A stretch of DNA of 64,000 bases from contig JABHZE010000003.1 in the NCBI GenBank assembly GCA_018653485.1, positions 2,539 through 66,538 on the forward strand. The letters are read 5' to 3'. The position numbers were made by a program, and so were the translations under genes. The first letter of the stretch is position 1, and each line of letters opens with the position of its first letter. Shown here piece by piece: positions 29,254-38,533 of the stretch. Under the pieces are notes generated by a model. The model saw only the letters and a program-made list of their open reading frames with translations. It ran no database searches and had not been told where the DNA came from. Source of the stretch: an archaeon (GTDB lineage Archaea; Nanobdellota; Nanobdellia; Pacearchaeales; GW2011-AR1).

Positions 29254-31034
29254 TTTTTATCTAGCAATTCTGATGTTGTTTTTTTAGAATCTAAATGTGA
29301 ATCAATTCCTCCTTGAATAACTTTTTCAATTTCTTTAATTCCTTTTGAAAATACTTTTAGATTGTTTTTAGAATCAATAAATTGATTCATAATCATTTCT
29401 TCTATTTTATTTGAACCAAATTCTCCTTTACCATCTAATCCTAAATTAAATAAAATAACTGGAAGTTCTCCGATGACTAAGCCTACACAACACATCTTAT
29501 TAATAATTAAATCAATAACATGTTCCTCTATAGTGTCTTTTGTAGCTAAACTAAATATGTTCATATCTCTTGTTTGTCCAATTCTATCTATTCTTCCTAT
29601 TCTCTGCTCAACAGCCATTGGATTCCAGGGTAAATCATAATTAATTAAATTATTACAAAATTGAAAATTTAATCCTTCGCAACCTGTTTCAGTTGAAATC
29701 ATGATATCTGAATTTTCTTTAAATTCTTTTATTATTTCAGATTTTTCTTCTCTAGAACTAGCCCCTGTAAATTCTACAATCTTTAGATTTAATGGTTTTA
29801 ATTTTTCAACAATGTATTTTAATGTTGTTGGATGTTTAGTATAAATTAAAACTTTTTGATTTCTATCTTCATCATAAATATCTTTTATTAATTCTGCAAG
29901 TTTTTCTATTTTTGAATCTTTTTTTAAATTTGAATATTCATCTAAAATCTTTTGGGCGTGTTCTCTTGTACATTCATGATATCTTTCTGGATTGTCAACA
30001 ATTTTTTGTAAAGACTCTATGGCTGATTTTGAAGAACTAGTTATTTTTGGTAAAATTGCATAGATAGCTAATTTTCCATTAATTTGCATTCCTGAAGATA
30101 AAAAATAATTAGATTTTATTAATTTGTGAATTTCATCATAAATTATTTTTTCTTGATCAGATAATTCTATTGAAATTGTTCTTGGGATTCTGTTTGTGTA
30201 GGAAACTGTTGTTTCATTTCTTCTTCTTCTAACCATTACTTCTTTTAATTTTCTTTTAAGTTCTTCTGGTTGAACTGGTTTTCTTTTGTTTCCTTTTTCT
30301 AGAAAATTTTTTCTAAATGATTGAATTGTTCCTAAATGTCCTTTTTTTAAGAGATTAAGTAGGTTATATAATTCTATTAAATCGTTTTGAAATGGTGTTG
30401 CTGTTAAAATTAAGAATCTCTTTTTTTGGATTTTATCTACAAATCTTGTTCTTATACTCCTTCTATCTTTTAATTTATGAGCTTCATCTACTATTAACAA
30501 ATCCCAGGGGATTTCATGAGCTGCCTTATGCCTAAAATCTCCTGTTTCTCTATTAAAAATTTTAACTCTGTCAATTGAAGCTATAGCATAATCAGTATCT
30601 TCCCAATCCTTTTCACTTTCAATAATTTTAAATTTAATTTCAAATTTTTCATCCAACTCTGCTACCCATTGATCAACTAATGAAGGCGGTGTTAAAATCA
30701 ATATTTTTTTAACCATCCCTCTTTCAATAGACTCCTTTATAACTATGCCTGTTGTGATTGTTTTTCCTAAACCTACTTCGTCTGCTAATAATGTATTGCA
30801 ATTAAAATCTCTTAGAATTTTTAATGCTCCATCTGTTTGATGAGGTAAATTATAGGTTAAATTTTTCTTAATTTTAGGATAAGAAATTAATTCATTAATC
30901 TCATTATCTGAAACTAGTTCATTTGCCTTAATTTTTAATTCTGCAATTTCTCTGGAATTAAATTCATCTTTATCTACAATTATTTCTTCTTCGATATCTT
31001 CGAATGACTCTTGGATTATAATTTCATTTGACAT
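29250..31034 (-). CDS. SNF2-family helicase (YqhH/RapA-like)
   Basis: LLADEVGLGKT, DEAH, LTATPFQN, STE...EGLNFQFC, YDLPWNP..EQRIGRIDRIGQ. Confidence 0.92.
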   Translation of the reverse strand: MSNEIIIQESFEDIEEEIIVDKDEFNSREIAELKIKANELVSDNEINELISYPKIKKNLTYNLPHQTDGALKILRDFNCNTLLADEVGLGKTITTGIVIKESIERGMVKKILILTPPSLVDQWVAELDEKFEIKFKIIESEKDWEDTDYAIASIDRVKIFNRETGDFRHKAAHEIPWDLLIVDEAHKLKDRRSIRTRFVDKIQKKRFLILTATPFQNDLIELYNLLNLLKKGHLGTIQSFRKNFLEKGNKRKPVQPEELKRKLKEVMVRRRRNETTVSYTNRIPRTISIELSDQEKIIYDEIHKLIKSNYFLSSGMQINGKLAIYAILPKITSSSKSAIESLQKIVDNPERYHECTREHAQKILDEYSNLKKDSKIEKLAELIKDIYDEDRNQKVLIYTKHPTTLKYIVEKLKPLNLKIVEFTGASSREEKSEIIKEFKENSDIMISTETGCEGLNFQFCNNLINYDLPWNPMAVEQRIGRIDRIGQTRDMNIFSLATKDTIEEHVIDLIINKMCCVGLVIGELPVILFNLGLDGKGEFGSNKIEEMIMNQFIDSKNNLKVFSKGIKEIEKVIQGGIDSHLDSKKTTSELLDKK

Positions 31035-31127
31035 TTTATCACCTTTTAGTAAAAAAAGTTAGAATGTATATACTTAAGAATCATTATTTTTAAGTTTGAT
31101 TGTTTTGAAGAAGGTGGTTTTTATTTA

Positions 31128-31319
31128 TTATTTATGTTTGAAGAATTCAATTTGTCTAAATCTTTTAAGAACCTTAGTATAACTTCCTTCTACTAAAAGT
31201 TTTTTCTTGTCTTTTGTTAAAAGCCTAAAATCGTATTTTGTTGTTGAAAGCTCTAATTTATCTTTTCCAGGATATTTTTTCCATCTTTTTTCTGTTTTAA
31301 GTTTGTATTGCATTACCAT
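31128..31319 (-). CDS. Small basic hypothetical protein
   Basis: 63-aa Lys-rich ORF co-oriented with neighbours. Confidence 0.55.
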   Translation of the reverse strand: MVMQYKLKTEKRWKKYPGKDKLELSTTKYDFRLLTKDKKKLLVEGSYTKVLKRFRQIEFFKHK

Positions 31320-31341
31320 GTTAATTTCTAATTAGAAGGCT

Positions 31342-31845
31342 CTAAAAATGCTTTTTTTCTAATTTAAGAGTTTTATGTATCTCTTGCCCTTCTTTCTTAT
31401 GATGTGGCATTTTAAAAGTAAACAATGAATTTACTGTGAAACTAAATATTCCTTCAATTCCTGCTACAATAATTCTTGCTAAGATATATTGAACAATTAA
31501 TACATCAATAAAAACCCACATTAAAAACATTGTTAAAGTTATTCCAAAAATTCCAAATGTTAAAAATAATAAATAACCTTTTAATGCATGAGTAATGGTT
31601 CCTTTAAAACTCCATTTCCTATTAATAAAATAACTTAATGAAGTTGATATTGTAAATGATATTCCTGCACCTAAAACAGGATCAATAAATAAATATTGAA
31701 CTAATGTAACTAACAAAAGGATATCTACTATTAGAGTAAATGCGTTAGAAGTTGCAAATCTTAGGAACCTTGTACTTCCAGAAGATAAATATCCTCCAAA
31801 AGAAGTAGCATAATCTAATCCTTTAACTAGTTCTTTAAACACCAT
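31342..31845 (-). CDS. GtrA family protein
   Basis: FLRF...VD; SYFINRKWSF; 4 TMs. Confidence 0.85.
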   Translation of the reverse strand: MVFKELVKGLDYATSFGGYLSSGSTRFLRFATSNAFTLIVDILLLVTLVQYLFIDPVLGAGISFTISTSLSYFINRKWSFKGTITHALKGYLLFLTFGIFGITLTMFLMWVFIDVLIVQYILARIIVAGIEGIFSFTVNSLFTFKMPHHKKEGQEIHKTLKLEKKHF

Positions 31846-32291
31846 CTTTAATATTTTAATGAAAATATTATTAATAAGTGTTTCGAAAATAGGGTTTTTA
31901 GATGTGATAAATTATCTGATGGATGATTTTGATTTATTCTCCCTCATCAATTCAGAGAAAAATAAAATCTCAGCTAATTTAGGTTTAATTAAAGGGAATT
32001 TTAATGATGATAAAGGTTGTATTAGATAAAGGTAATTTATTTAAGCCCTAATTATTTGTTAATTTGAGAGTATTCTCCTTTGCCCATAGTATATAGTGAA
32101 TAGCAAGAAAATTCTGCTTCGCAGAATATTTCAGGGTTGTAAAAAAGTTTTATACTTTTTATACAATGAAAAAGCATATAAAGAGCCTTCTTTTCTTAAA
32201 AGAAAAGAACCCTCGGGAAGAAAAGAATAAAAGTGTATTAAAAGAGAAAATAGTGTATTGTGTGGATTTATTAAAAAGAATAGGATAAAAA

Positions 32292-33122
32292 ATGAAAATA
32301 CATACTAAAAAAGATATAGCAATTGTATATATTGTTGCAGGAATGTCTAGTAGATTTGCTGGAGAGATTAAGCAATTTGCTGAAGTTGGTGTTAATGGAG
32401 AGAGTTTAATTGAATGTTCATTAAAACAAGCACTTTCTGCGGGATTTAGTAAAATTATTTTTGTTGTGGGTGAAAAAACTGAAAAGGGATTTAAAGAAAA
32501 ATTTGGTTCTGAATATAATGGAATTCCTATTCATTATGCTTTTCAACATTATGATAAATCTTTACGTGATAAACCTTGGGGAACTTTAGATGCATTGTGT
32601 TCAGCTAGAGAGATTATAGATTGTCCTTTTGTTGTATGTAATGGAGATGATTTATATGGTAAAAGAGCTTTTGAAATTCTTGTTAATCATTTAAGAGAAG
32701 AAGAACATGGTGCGAGTATTGGTTATAAATTAATTGATAATCTCCCTGAAGAGGGTTGTGCTAATAGGGCTATTATTAATTGTGATGGAGAAGATAATAT
32801 CTGTGATATAAAGGAATTTTTAGGAATAAGTAAAAATAGGTTGAGTGAAAAGGGATTGAATGAGGATCATTTGTGTAGTATGAATATTTTTGCATTTCCT
32901 CACTTTATTCTGGAGCATTTGAATAATGCTATTGATGAATTTAAACTTCTTAATCAAGGAGATAGAATTGCTGAGTGTTTATTGCCAAATGAAATTTCAA
33001 AGCTTATTTCTAATGGTATTTTGAAACTAAAGGGGTATCCTGTTTCTGAAAAAACAATTGGTATAACGTTTCCAGAAGATAAGGAAAAAGTTAGGAAAAT
33101 GATTCTTGAAAGAGGATTGTGA
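32292..33122 (+). CDS. Sugar-phosphate nucleotidyltransferase family protein
   Basis: AGMSSRF...KQ, KPWGT, VCNGDDLYG. Confidence 0.85.
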   Translation: MKIHTKKDIAIVYIVAGMSSRFAGEIKQFAEVGVNGESLIECSLKQALSAGFSKIIFVVGEKTEKGFKEKFGSEYNGIPIHYAFQHYDKSLRDKPWGTLDALCSAREIIDCPFVVCNGDDLYGKRAFEILVNHLREEEHGASIGYKLIDNLPEEGCANRAIINCDGEDNICDIKEFLGISKNRLSEKGLNEDHLCSMNIFAFPHFILEHLNNAIDEFKLLNQGDRIAECLLPNEISKLISNGILKLKGYPVSEKTIGITFPEDKEKVRKMILERGL

Positions 33123-33373
33123 TAATTGTGCCTATGAAAAATTAAGAAGCTAAAGCTAACCTAATTTTTCCCTAATTCTAAAATTGTGTAAAATTTAATT
33201 ATAATATTTGAGGCATAGCAAGAGTTGATGAGTAGCAAGAGTTAATTATTATAATTGTTCTAAAGTGAATATTCTTTTAATTAAATTGATAAGTTTATAT
33301 ATGTGATATTCTTATTATTTTTGTATAAATTAGATTATTTGGCATATGAATTTGAAAAGAGGTTTAAAAAAGA

Positions 33374-35281
33374 ATGAATCGTGTAACTAACATAAGTTTG
33401 ACTATATTTGTTGTTCTAACAATTATTAGTATGATTTCTGTTTTTTTAAAGGCTAAAGAATCTATGTTATTAGTTCTTTTATTGGTATTACTATTTAATT
33501 CAAGTTTAGGTTTGTTAGTCATATTGATTGTTAATAAAATAGTTAAAATTTCTAAGAAAGGTTACCCGTTGTTTTTTGCTTATTTGATTTTATCTTGCAT
33601 TATTTTTTGGTATATTGCAAGCACATTTTTACATTTTTATTATAATTCTTATTTAAGTTTTGGAGGAATTTATTATCTTATTGCTACAAGGACGCTCTTT
33701 ATGGCATTTTTAGTTTATATTATTGCAGGATTCTGTGTATTAGCTTTAACATTTTTTTTATATTATATTTCAAGAAAAACAATTTTTGAGGAAAATCCTC
33801 CAGAGAAAATTATGAATAAAAAAATTAAAATCCTTTTAATTTTTGCTCCGATTTTAGTGCTTATTTTGGTTGTTCTAGTTGTGCCAAGAAGCTATGTTCC
33901 TGAATCATCTCCATTAATTGATAATATTTTTTATTTTCTTAAAGTTAGTGAGCCTAAATTTGATGTTGCAAATATGAGTCAATTTGATGATTTAAATCAA
34001 GATAAAGTTTTAGATATTAAATTAAATATTGAAAAACCAAATGTGATTTTCATTATGCTTGAGTCTATTTCTGCAGAGCATATGCCTGTCCATGGTTATA
34101 AAAGAAATATCACTCCTAATATTGATAAGTTTGCTGAAAAATCAATTATATTTGATAAAGCTTATGGAAGTTCTGCACATTCTGATTATGCACAAACCTC
34201 ATTTTTATCTTCAAGATATATGCTTGTAAATCCGCTTAGAAATACTTTTGAAGAATATCCTCGGAGTTTTATTTGGGATATTTTAAAAAATGAGAACTAT
34301 ACTACTGCCTATCTCTCCTCACAAAATGATAATTGGGCAAGCATGAGAGATTATTATAATCTTGAAACATTAGATGTTTATGAGGATTCTACATTTGATG
34401 ATAGGTATGATTATGGGAGTGGAAATGCTAGAAAAGATTATGATGAATTTACTATCCAAAGAAGTGTTGAATTTGTAAATGAAACAAATAATAGTTTCTT
34501 TTTGTATGTAAATTTACAAGCAAGTCATTATCCTTATGTTTATCCTGAAAATAATAGTGTATTTGAACCTTCAGAACCTTCTGCTGGAACAAGTTATTTT
34601 ACTATTCCTGAAAGTGATTATAATGCTAGTGTAAATGATTATGATAATTCTATTTATTATGTTGATAAGCAAGTGGGTATTTTATTAGATTATTTGGAAG
34701 ATGCAGGATTATTTGAAAATAGTATTATTGTTATTAGTGCAGATCATGGGGAAATCTTAGAAAGAAGGCATAAAAATCTTAGGCATGGATATGGTGTTTA
34801 TGATGAGGAAGTTAATGTTCCATTAATGGTTTATATTCCTGGTGAGGAACCTCATGTAATTACTGAGAGGGTTAGGGAACTAGATGTTGTTCCAACTGTT
34901 TTAGATATTCTGGATTTACCTTTATCTGAGGAATTTCAAGGAAAGCCAATGCAGTATAATCAAGATATTTTCTTAATGACTCAGAATCAGAATTTTAGGG
35001 TTGGTTTGATAAAGAATGATGTTAAATATGTTATTAATGGGCATAGTTTTGAAACAGAAATTTATAATTTAAGTGAAGATGAGTTTGAGCAAAATAATTT
35101 AATTAAATATTTGAATGAATCTAGTTTCTATAGTGTGAAATCTACAGAGGATGAAAAGTTTTATGAATTAGCTGATGAAGACTTTCAAGTTTATGGATAT
35201 CTTTTATATAAATGGTATAATTGTCAAATGGAGTATTATGAAGAGGAGAAATGGTTGGATGAGGAAGTTATTGATTGTTGA
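33374..35281 (+). CDS. Membrane-bound sulfatase-like / LtaS-type phosphotransferase
   Basis: 5 N-terminal TMs; KPNVIFIMLES, SHYPY, YDNSIYYVD, SADHGE. Confidence 0.85.
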   Translation: MNRVTNISLTIFVVLTIISMISVFLKAKESMLLVLLLVLLFNSSLGLLVILIVNKIVKISKKGYPLFFAYLILSCIIFWYIASTFLHFYYNSYLSFGGIYYLIATRTLFMAFLVYIIAGFCVLALTFFLYYISRKTIFEENPPEKIMNKKIKILLIFAPILVLILVVLVVPRSYVPESSPLIDNIFYFLKVSEPKFDVANMSQFDDLNQDKVLDIKLNIEKPNVIFIMLESISAEHMPVHGYKRNITPNIDKFAEKSIIFDKAYGSSAHSDYAQTSFLSSRYMLVNPLRNTFEEYPRSFIWDILKNENYTTAYLSSQNDNWASMRDYYNLETLDVYEDSTFDDRYDYGSGNARKDYDEFTIQRSVEFVNETNNSFFLYVNLQASHYPYVYPENNSVFEPSEPSAGTSYFTIPESDYNASVNDYDNSIYYVDKQVGILLDYLEDAGLFENSIIVISADHGEILERRHKNLRHGYGVYDEEVNVPLMVYIPGEEPHVITERVRELDVVPTVLDILDLPLSEEFQGKPMQYNQDIFLMTQNQNFRVGLIKNDVKYVINGHSFETEIYNLSEDEFEQNNLIKYLNESSFYSVKSTEDEKFYELADEDFQVYGYLLYKWYNCQMEYYEEEKWLDEEVIDC

Positions 35282-35321
35282 AAAAAGGAAATTTTATAAA
35301 CTATAGAGTACCTATAGTCTT

Positions 35322-35567
35322 ATGGTTACTACAATTCAGATTAATGAAAATATTAAATCAGAATTAGATAAATTAAAATCCAAAAAAGAGAGTTATGAGG
35401 AAATAATTATTAATTTATTAAAAATTGCTCAAGAATCTAAAAGAAAACAAGAAGAATTATTGATTGAAGGGTGTAAGGAAATGGCTGAAGAAAATCTGAA
35501 AATAACCCGGGAATTTGAGGCTATTGAAGATTTTAAAGGGTGGGAATGGGATGAGGATGGAAATTAA
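35322..35567 (+). CDS. Putative antitoxin (RHH-like)
   Basis: TTIQI...ESYEEII; overlaps mazF-like gene. Confidence 0.7.
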   Translation: MVTTIQINENIKSELDKLKSKKESYEEIIINLLKIAQESKRKQEELLIEGCKEMAEENLKITREFEAIEDFKGWEWDEDGN

Positions 35568-35904
35568 GAGAGGAGGTATTTTATTAGCAAATCTTGAACC
35601 AATACAAGGAAGTGAACAAGGAGGAATTCGTCCGGTTTTAGTAATCCAAAATAATCTTTCAAATAAATATTCTCCTGTTATCATAATTGCTGCTATCACT
35701 TCAAGAATATTTAATAAAGAGTTTCCTACAAATGTCTTAATCACTAAAGGTGAATCTGGACTTAAGACAGATTCTACAATTATGTTAAATCAAATGAGAA
35801 CTATTGATAAAAATAGAGTTATTAAAAAATTAGGTTTTCTTGATAATTTTATTATGCATAAAGTTGATTTAGCAATAAAAATCAGTTTGGATTTAAAGTT
35901 TTGA
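35557..35904 (+). CDS. mazF: PemK/MazF family endoribonuclease toxin
   Basis: GSEQGGIRPVLVIQN, AAITS, QMRTIDK.R. Confidence 0.93.
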   Translation: MEIKRGGILLANLEPIQGSEQGGIRPVLVIQNNLSNKYSPVIIIAAITSRIFNKEFPTNVLITKGESGLKTDSTIMLNQMRTIDKNRVIKKLGFLDNFIMHKVDLAIKISLDLKF

Positions 35905-35998
35905 TTGTTGATAATATTTATATAGGATGTATTCTTTTAGTTTGTATAAACCTTAGAGGTTTGAGGTGATTAGTTCAAGAAAAAAAAGAGGTGATAAA

Positions 35999-36583
35999 AT
36001 GGTTGAATTAGAAGTTGAAACAAAAGTTAAATTAAGTAATAAAGAAGCTGTTGAGTTGCGTAAGAAAATAAAAAAGATTGCTAATTTTAAGAAAAAAGAG
36101 TCTAGGACTGATGATTATTTTGCTATTAAAAGAAAGGGTTATCCTAAAAAGGCATTTAGAATTAGAAAAGCTGGTGGAGAGTATGTTGTTAATTTTAAGA
36201 AATGGTTGACTGCTCATTGGGATAGACAGATTGTTGTTAAAGAAGAGTATGAGTTTAAGACACAACATCCTGATAAGTTTCTTGTTTTAATGGATGATTT
36301 AGGTTTTAAGCAATGGTTAAAGAAGTTTAAGACTACTGAGAAATATACTTATAAAAAAGATAAGAGAGTTATTATTGAGATTAATTTTGTAAAGCATTTG
36401 GGCTATTTTATGGAGATGGAATATATTGCAAAGCCTAGTGAGATGATGAAAGGGAAGAATAAGTTAAGGGGTGTTTTGAAAGAGTTGGGGATAAAGCAGA
36501 GTCAGGTTACAAATAAAGGTTATACTAAAATGCTTTGGGATATTGGTAAGAGGGGTAGAAAGTATTTTATTGATATTGATTAG
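35999..36583 (+). CDS. CYTH domain protein (class IV adenylate cyclase / triphosphatase-like)
   Basis: ExExK (EVETK), DDYF, RIR, LGYFMEME; GAGGTGA RBS. Confidence 0.85.
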   Translation: MVELEVETKVKLSNKEAVELRKKIKKIANFKKKESRTDDYFAIKRKGYPKKAFRIRKAGGEYVVNFKKWLTAHWDRQIVVKEEYEFKTQHPDKFLVLMDDLGFKQWLKKFKTTEKYTYKKDKRVIIEINFVKHLGYFMEMEYIAKPSEMMKGKNKLRGVLKELGIKQSQVTNKGYTKMLWDIGKRGRKYFIDID

Positions 36584-37364
36584 GATCTATTACAATTATT
36601 CTTCCTGTATCTTCTGTTCTTGATAAATCTAGGATATCTGTTTCTAAATCTGTGAATATGTTGTTTGTCATTCTTGTTAACCCTTTATCTCTTGTATAAG
36701 CAAGTAATCTTATTCCATCTTTGGTAGTTGGAATTGGTAATCCGTTTTCATCTGTGTCATAATTAGGAAGGCTTGTTGGGAGTCCTGTTTTAAAATCTAT
36801 TTCATCAGGGGAAAATGTTCCGCCTTGATTTAGAACAGGGTTTCTTATTGGTTCTGCGTTTTCTTTTAATTTAAATAAAATTCTTTTTGATTTTTTTTCT
36901 AATTCTAAATCTGTTAAGTTAATCATTAAAGGATAGTGAGGTAATAGTTTGGTTCTTGTTTTAATTTGTTCTGCTAAATATTTTGCAGGATATTTATTAG
37001 GTTCATCAGTGCTTCTTAGAATTAATGCTGCATCATTGTAAAATCCTCTTAAATCACTTGGGTCATGAAATAAAATTCTCTCTAAATCAGCTTGTGTTGC
37101 TACTCTTAATCCTTTTTCTTCTACAATTTGATTTATTAAAATAGCTGAATAAGAATTTGAGCCTTTGATTGTTTGGGTTTCTGGATTATAGGTTAATCCT
37201 TTTAATTCTGGATTTTCTGAGAAATCTTTTGCAACCCTTCTTACATATTCTTTGAAGACTTCTTCTGCTAATTGTCCTTGAAGTAAGTTTGCACTAGGTT
37301 CGTAGAGTTGAATTTTGTATGCTTGTGTTCTTGCTAAACTTGTTGGTGTTTTTGATGTTAACAT
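36567..37364 (-). CDS. Hypothetical protein
   Basis: 265-aa ORF, no recognised motif. Confidence 0.55.
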   Translation of the reverse strand: MLTSKTPTSLARTQAYKIQLYEPSANLLQGQLAEEVFKEYVRRVAKDFSENPELKGLTYNPETQTIKGSNSYSAILINQIVEEKGLRVATQADLERILFHDPSDLRGFYNDAALILRSTDEPNKYPAKYLAEQIKTRTKLLPHYPLMINLTDLELEKKSKRILFKLKENAEPIRNPVLNQGGTFSPDEIDFKTGLPTSLPNYDTDENGLPIPTTKDGIRLLAYTRDKGLTRMTNNIFTDLETDILDLSRTEDTGRIIVIDPNQYQ

Positions 37365-37413
37365 TTTGATTGAGTTTAAACTAAGGTGTTAAACTTAATT
37401 TAAATTGTTTGAA

Positions 37414-37728
37414 TTAGTTAAGAACTAAATCTACACTATGAAATTGAGGTGCTCTGTCTCCAAAAGCTCTATCATGAGTTATTACTCTTCCACTTAATTT
37501 CGTTCTTTCTTCTTTTGATTCAGGGTCTTGAACAGAATCTAATCTAAATCCTACAATTCCTGCGTCGTATCTATCTGGGTTTTCAAGTTTTACTTTTAGA
37601 TGTCTGTCTATCCCTGGATGTTCTGTAAATTCATCATAAGCCACGCTGTGATCACTTAATGTTGTTTGTAAACATTCTGGTTGTTCTGGTTTGAACATTT
37701 TTCCTATGTATCTGAATATTTGTTTCAT
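37414..37728 (-). CDS. Hypothetical protein
   Basis: 104-aa ORF. Confidence 0.5.
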   Translation of the reverse strand: MKQIFRYIGKMFKPEQPECLQTTLSDHSVAYDEFTEHPGIDRHLKVKLENPDRYDAGIVGFRLDSVQDPESKEERTKLSGRVITHDRAFGDRAPQFHSVDLVLN

Positions 37729-37874
37729 TTTAATTTTTGTTTCCCCCTTTGAATTTGGAAATTATAAACTTAATTAATAAATCACATCTAATTTGTGTTT
37801 TTCTGTTTTTCCTTGTCTAAATTGTCCGTATCTATCTTTATGGTCTGTATTATGTCTTGTAAAAACATCTCCTT

Positions 37875-38165
37875 TTATTTGAAGTCCTTCTCCAACCTTC
37901 TTTTTCCTTTAGGTAATTTTTCAAAATAATCTGCATAAGGGCATTTTTCTGAAGGTTCCTTTTGACTTAGGCATTCTTTATGTAATCCTCTTGTTTCGCT
38001 TCTATTAGAGCATCCTGATGAAGGATTAACCATAAAATCTGAACAAGTAATTGCTATTTGTGGAGAATTTGGAAACATATCTAAAAGATCTGCTCTATTA
38101 AGATTATATGTTGCGATTCTTATTCTTTCTCGTTGTTCTTCAACTAAGTCTATTTTATCATTCAT
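37875..38165 (-). CDS. Hypothetical protein with four Cys
   Basis: 96-aa ORF. Confidence 0.5.
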   Translation of the reverse strand: MNDKIDLVEEQRERIRIATYNLNRADLLDMFPNSPQIAITCSDFMVNPSSGCSNRSETRGLHKECLSQKEPSEKCPYADYFEKLPKGKRRLEKDFK

Positions 38166-38533
38166 TTTATTTATTTTTATTGATTTAATTAGTAATAAGA
38201 AAAAAAGAGGGTTTATAAAGTTTTCCCCTGTTATTGTTATAAAGTGGTGACAAATAGGGGTTTTTGGATGTTTTGAAGTTAAAGTGATTGAAGAATGGGG
38301 TTGCTGAAAATTAGGGAAAGTTCCTTAACCCTAATTTTCTAATGTCTTGTAATCATGTAAATTTTAATTTAAGTTGTTAATTAGATTTCTAAGTTGTTGA
38401 GGGGATTAGATTTGTTAGAGTGGTTTGCTTTTTATTTAGATATTTTAATTTAAAATTTATTTTCAAATAAGTTTATATATAAAGATTGATTTGTTTTATT
38501 ATCTAATTTAATGTTGGATTTAAAGAGGTGAAA

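Noticed and set aside
31846-32291. Long intergenic region as a replication origin
   Set aside because: No ORB-like repeats or cdc6/orc1 gene nearby and no evident change in strand bias; only scattered hairpins are present.
36567-38165. Run of orphan ORFs as a provirus or integrated element
   Set aside because: No integrase, capsid, terminase or att repeats are seen.
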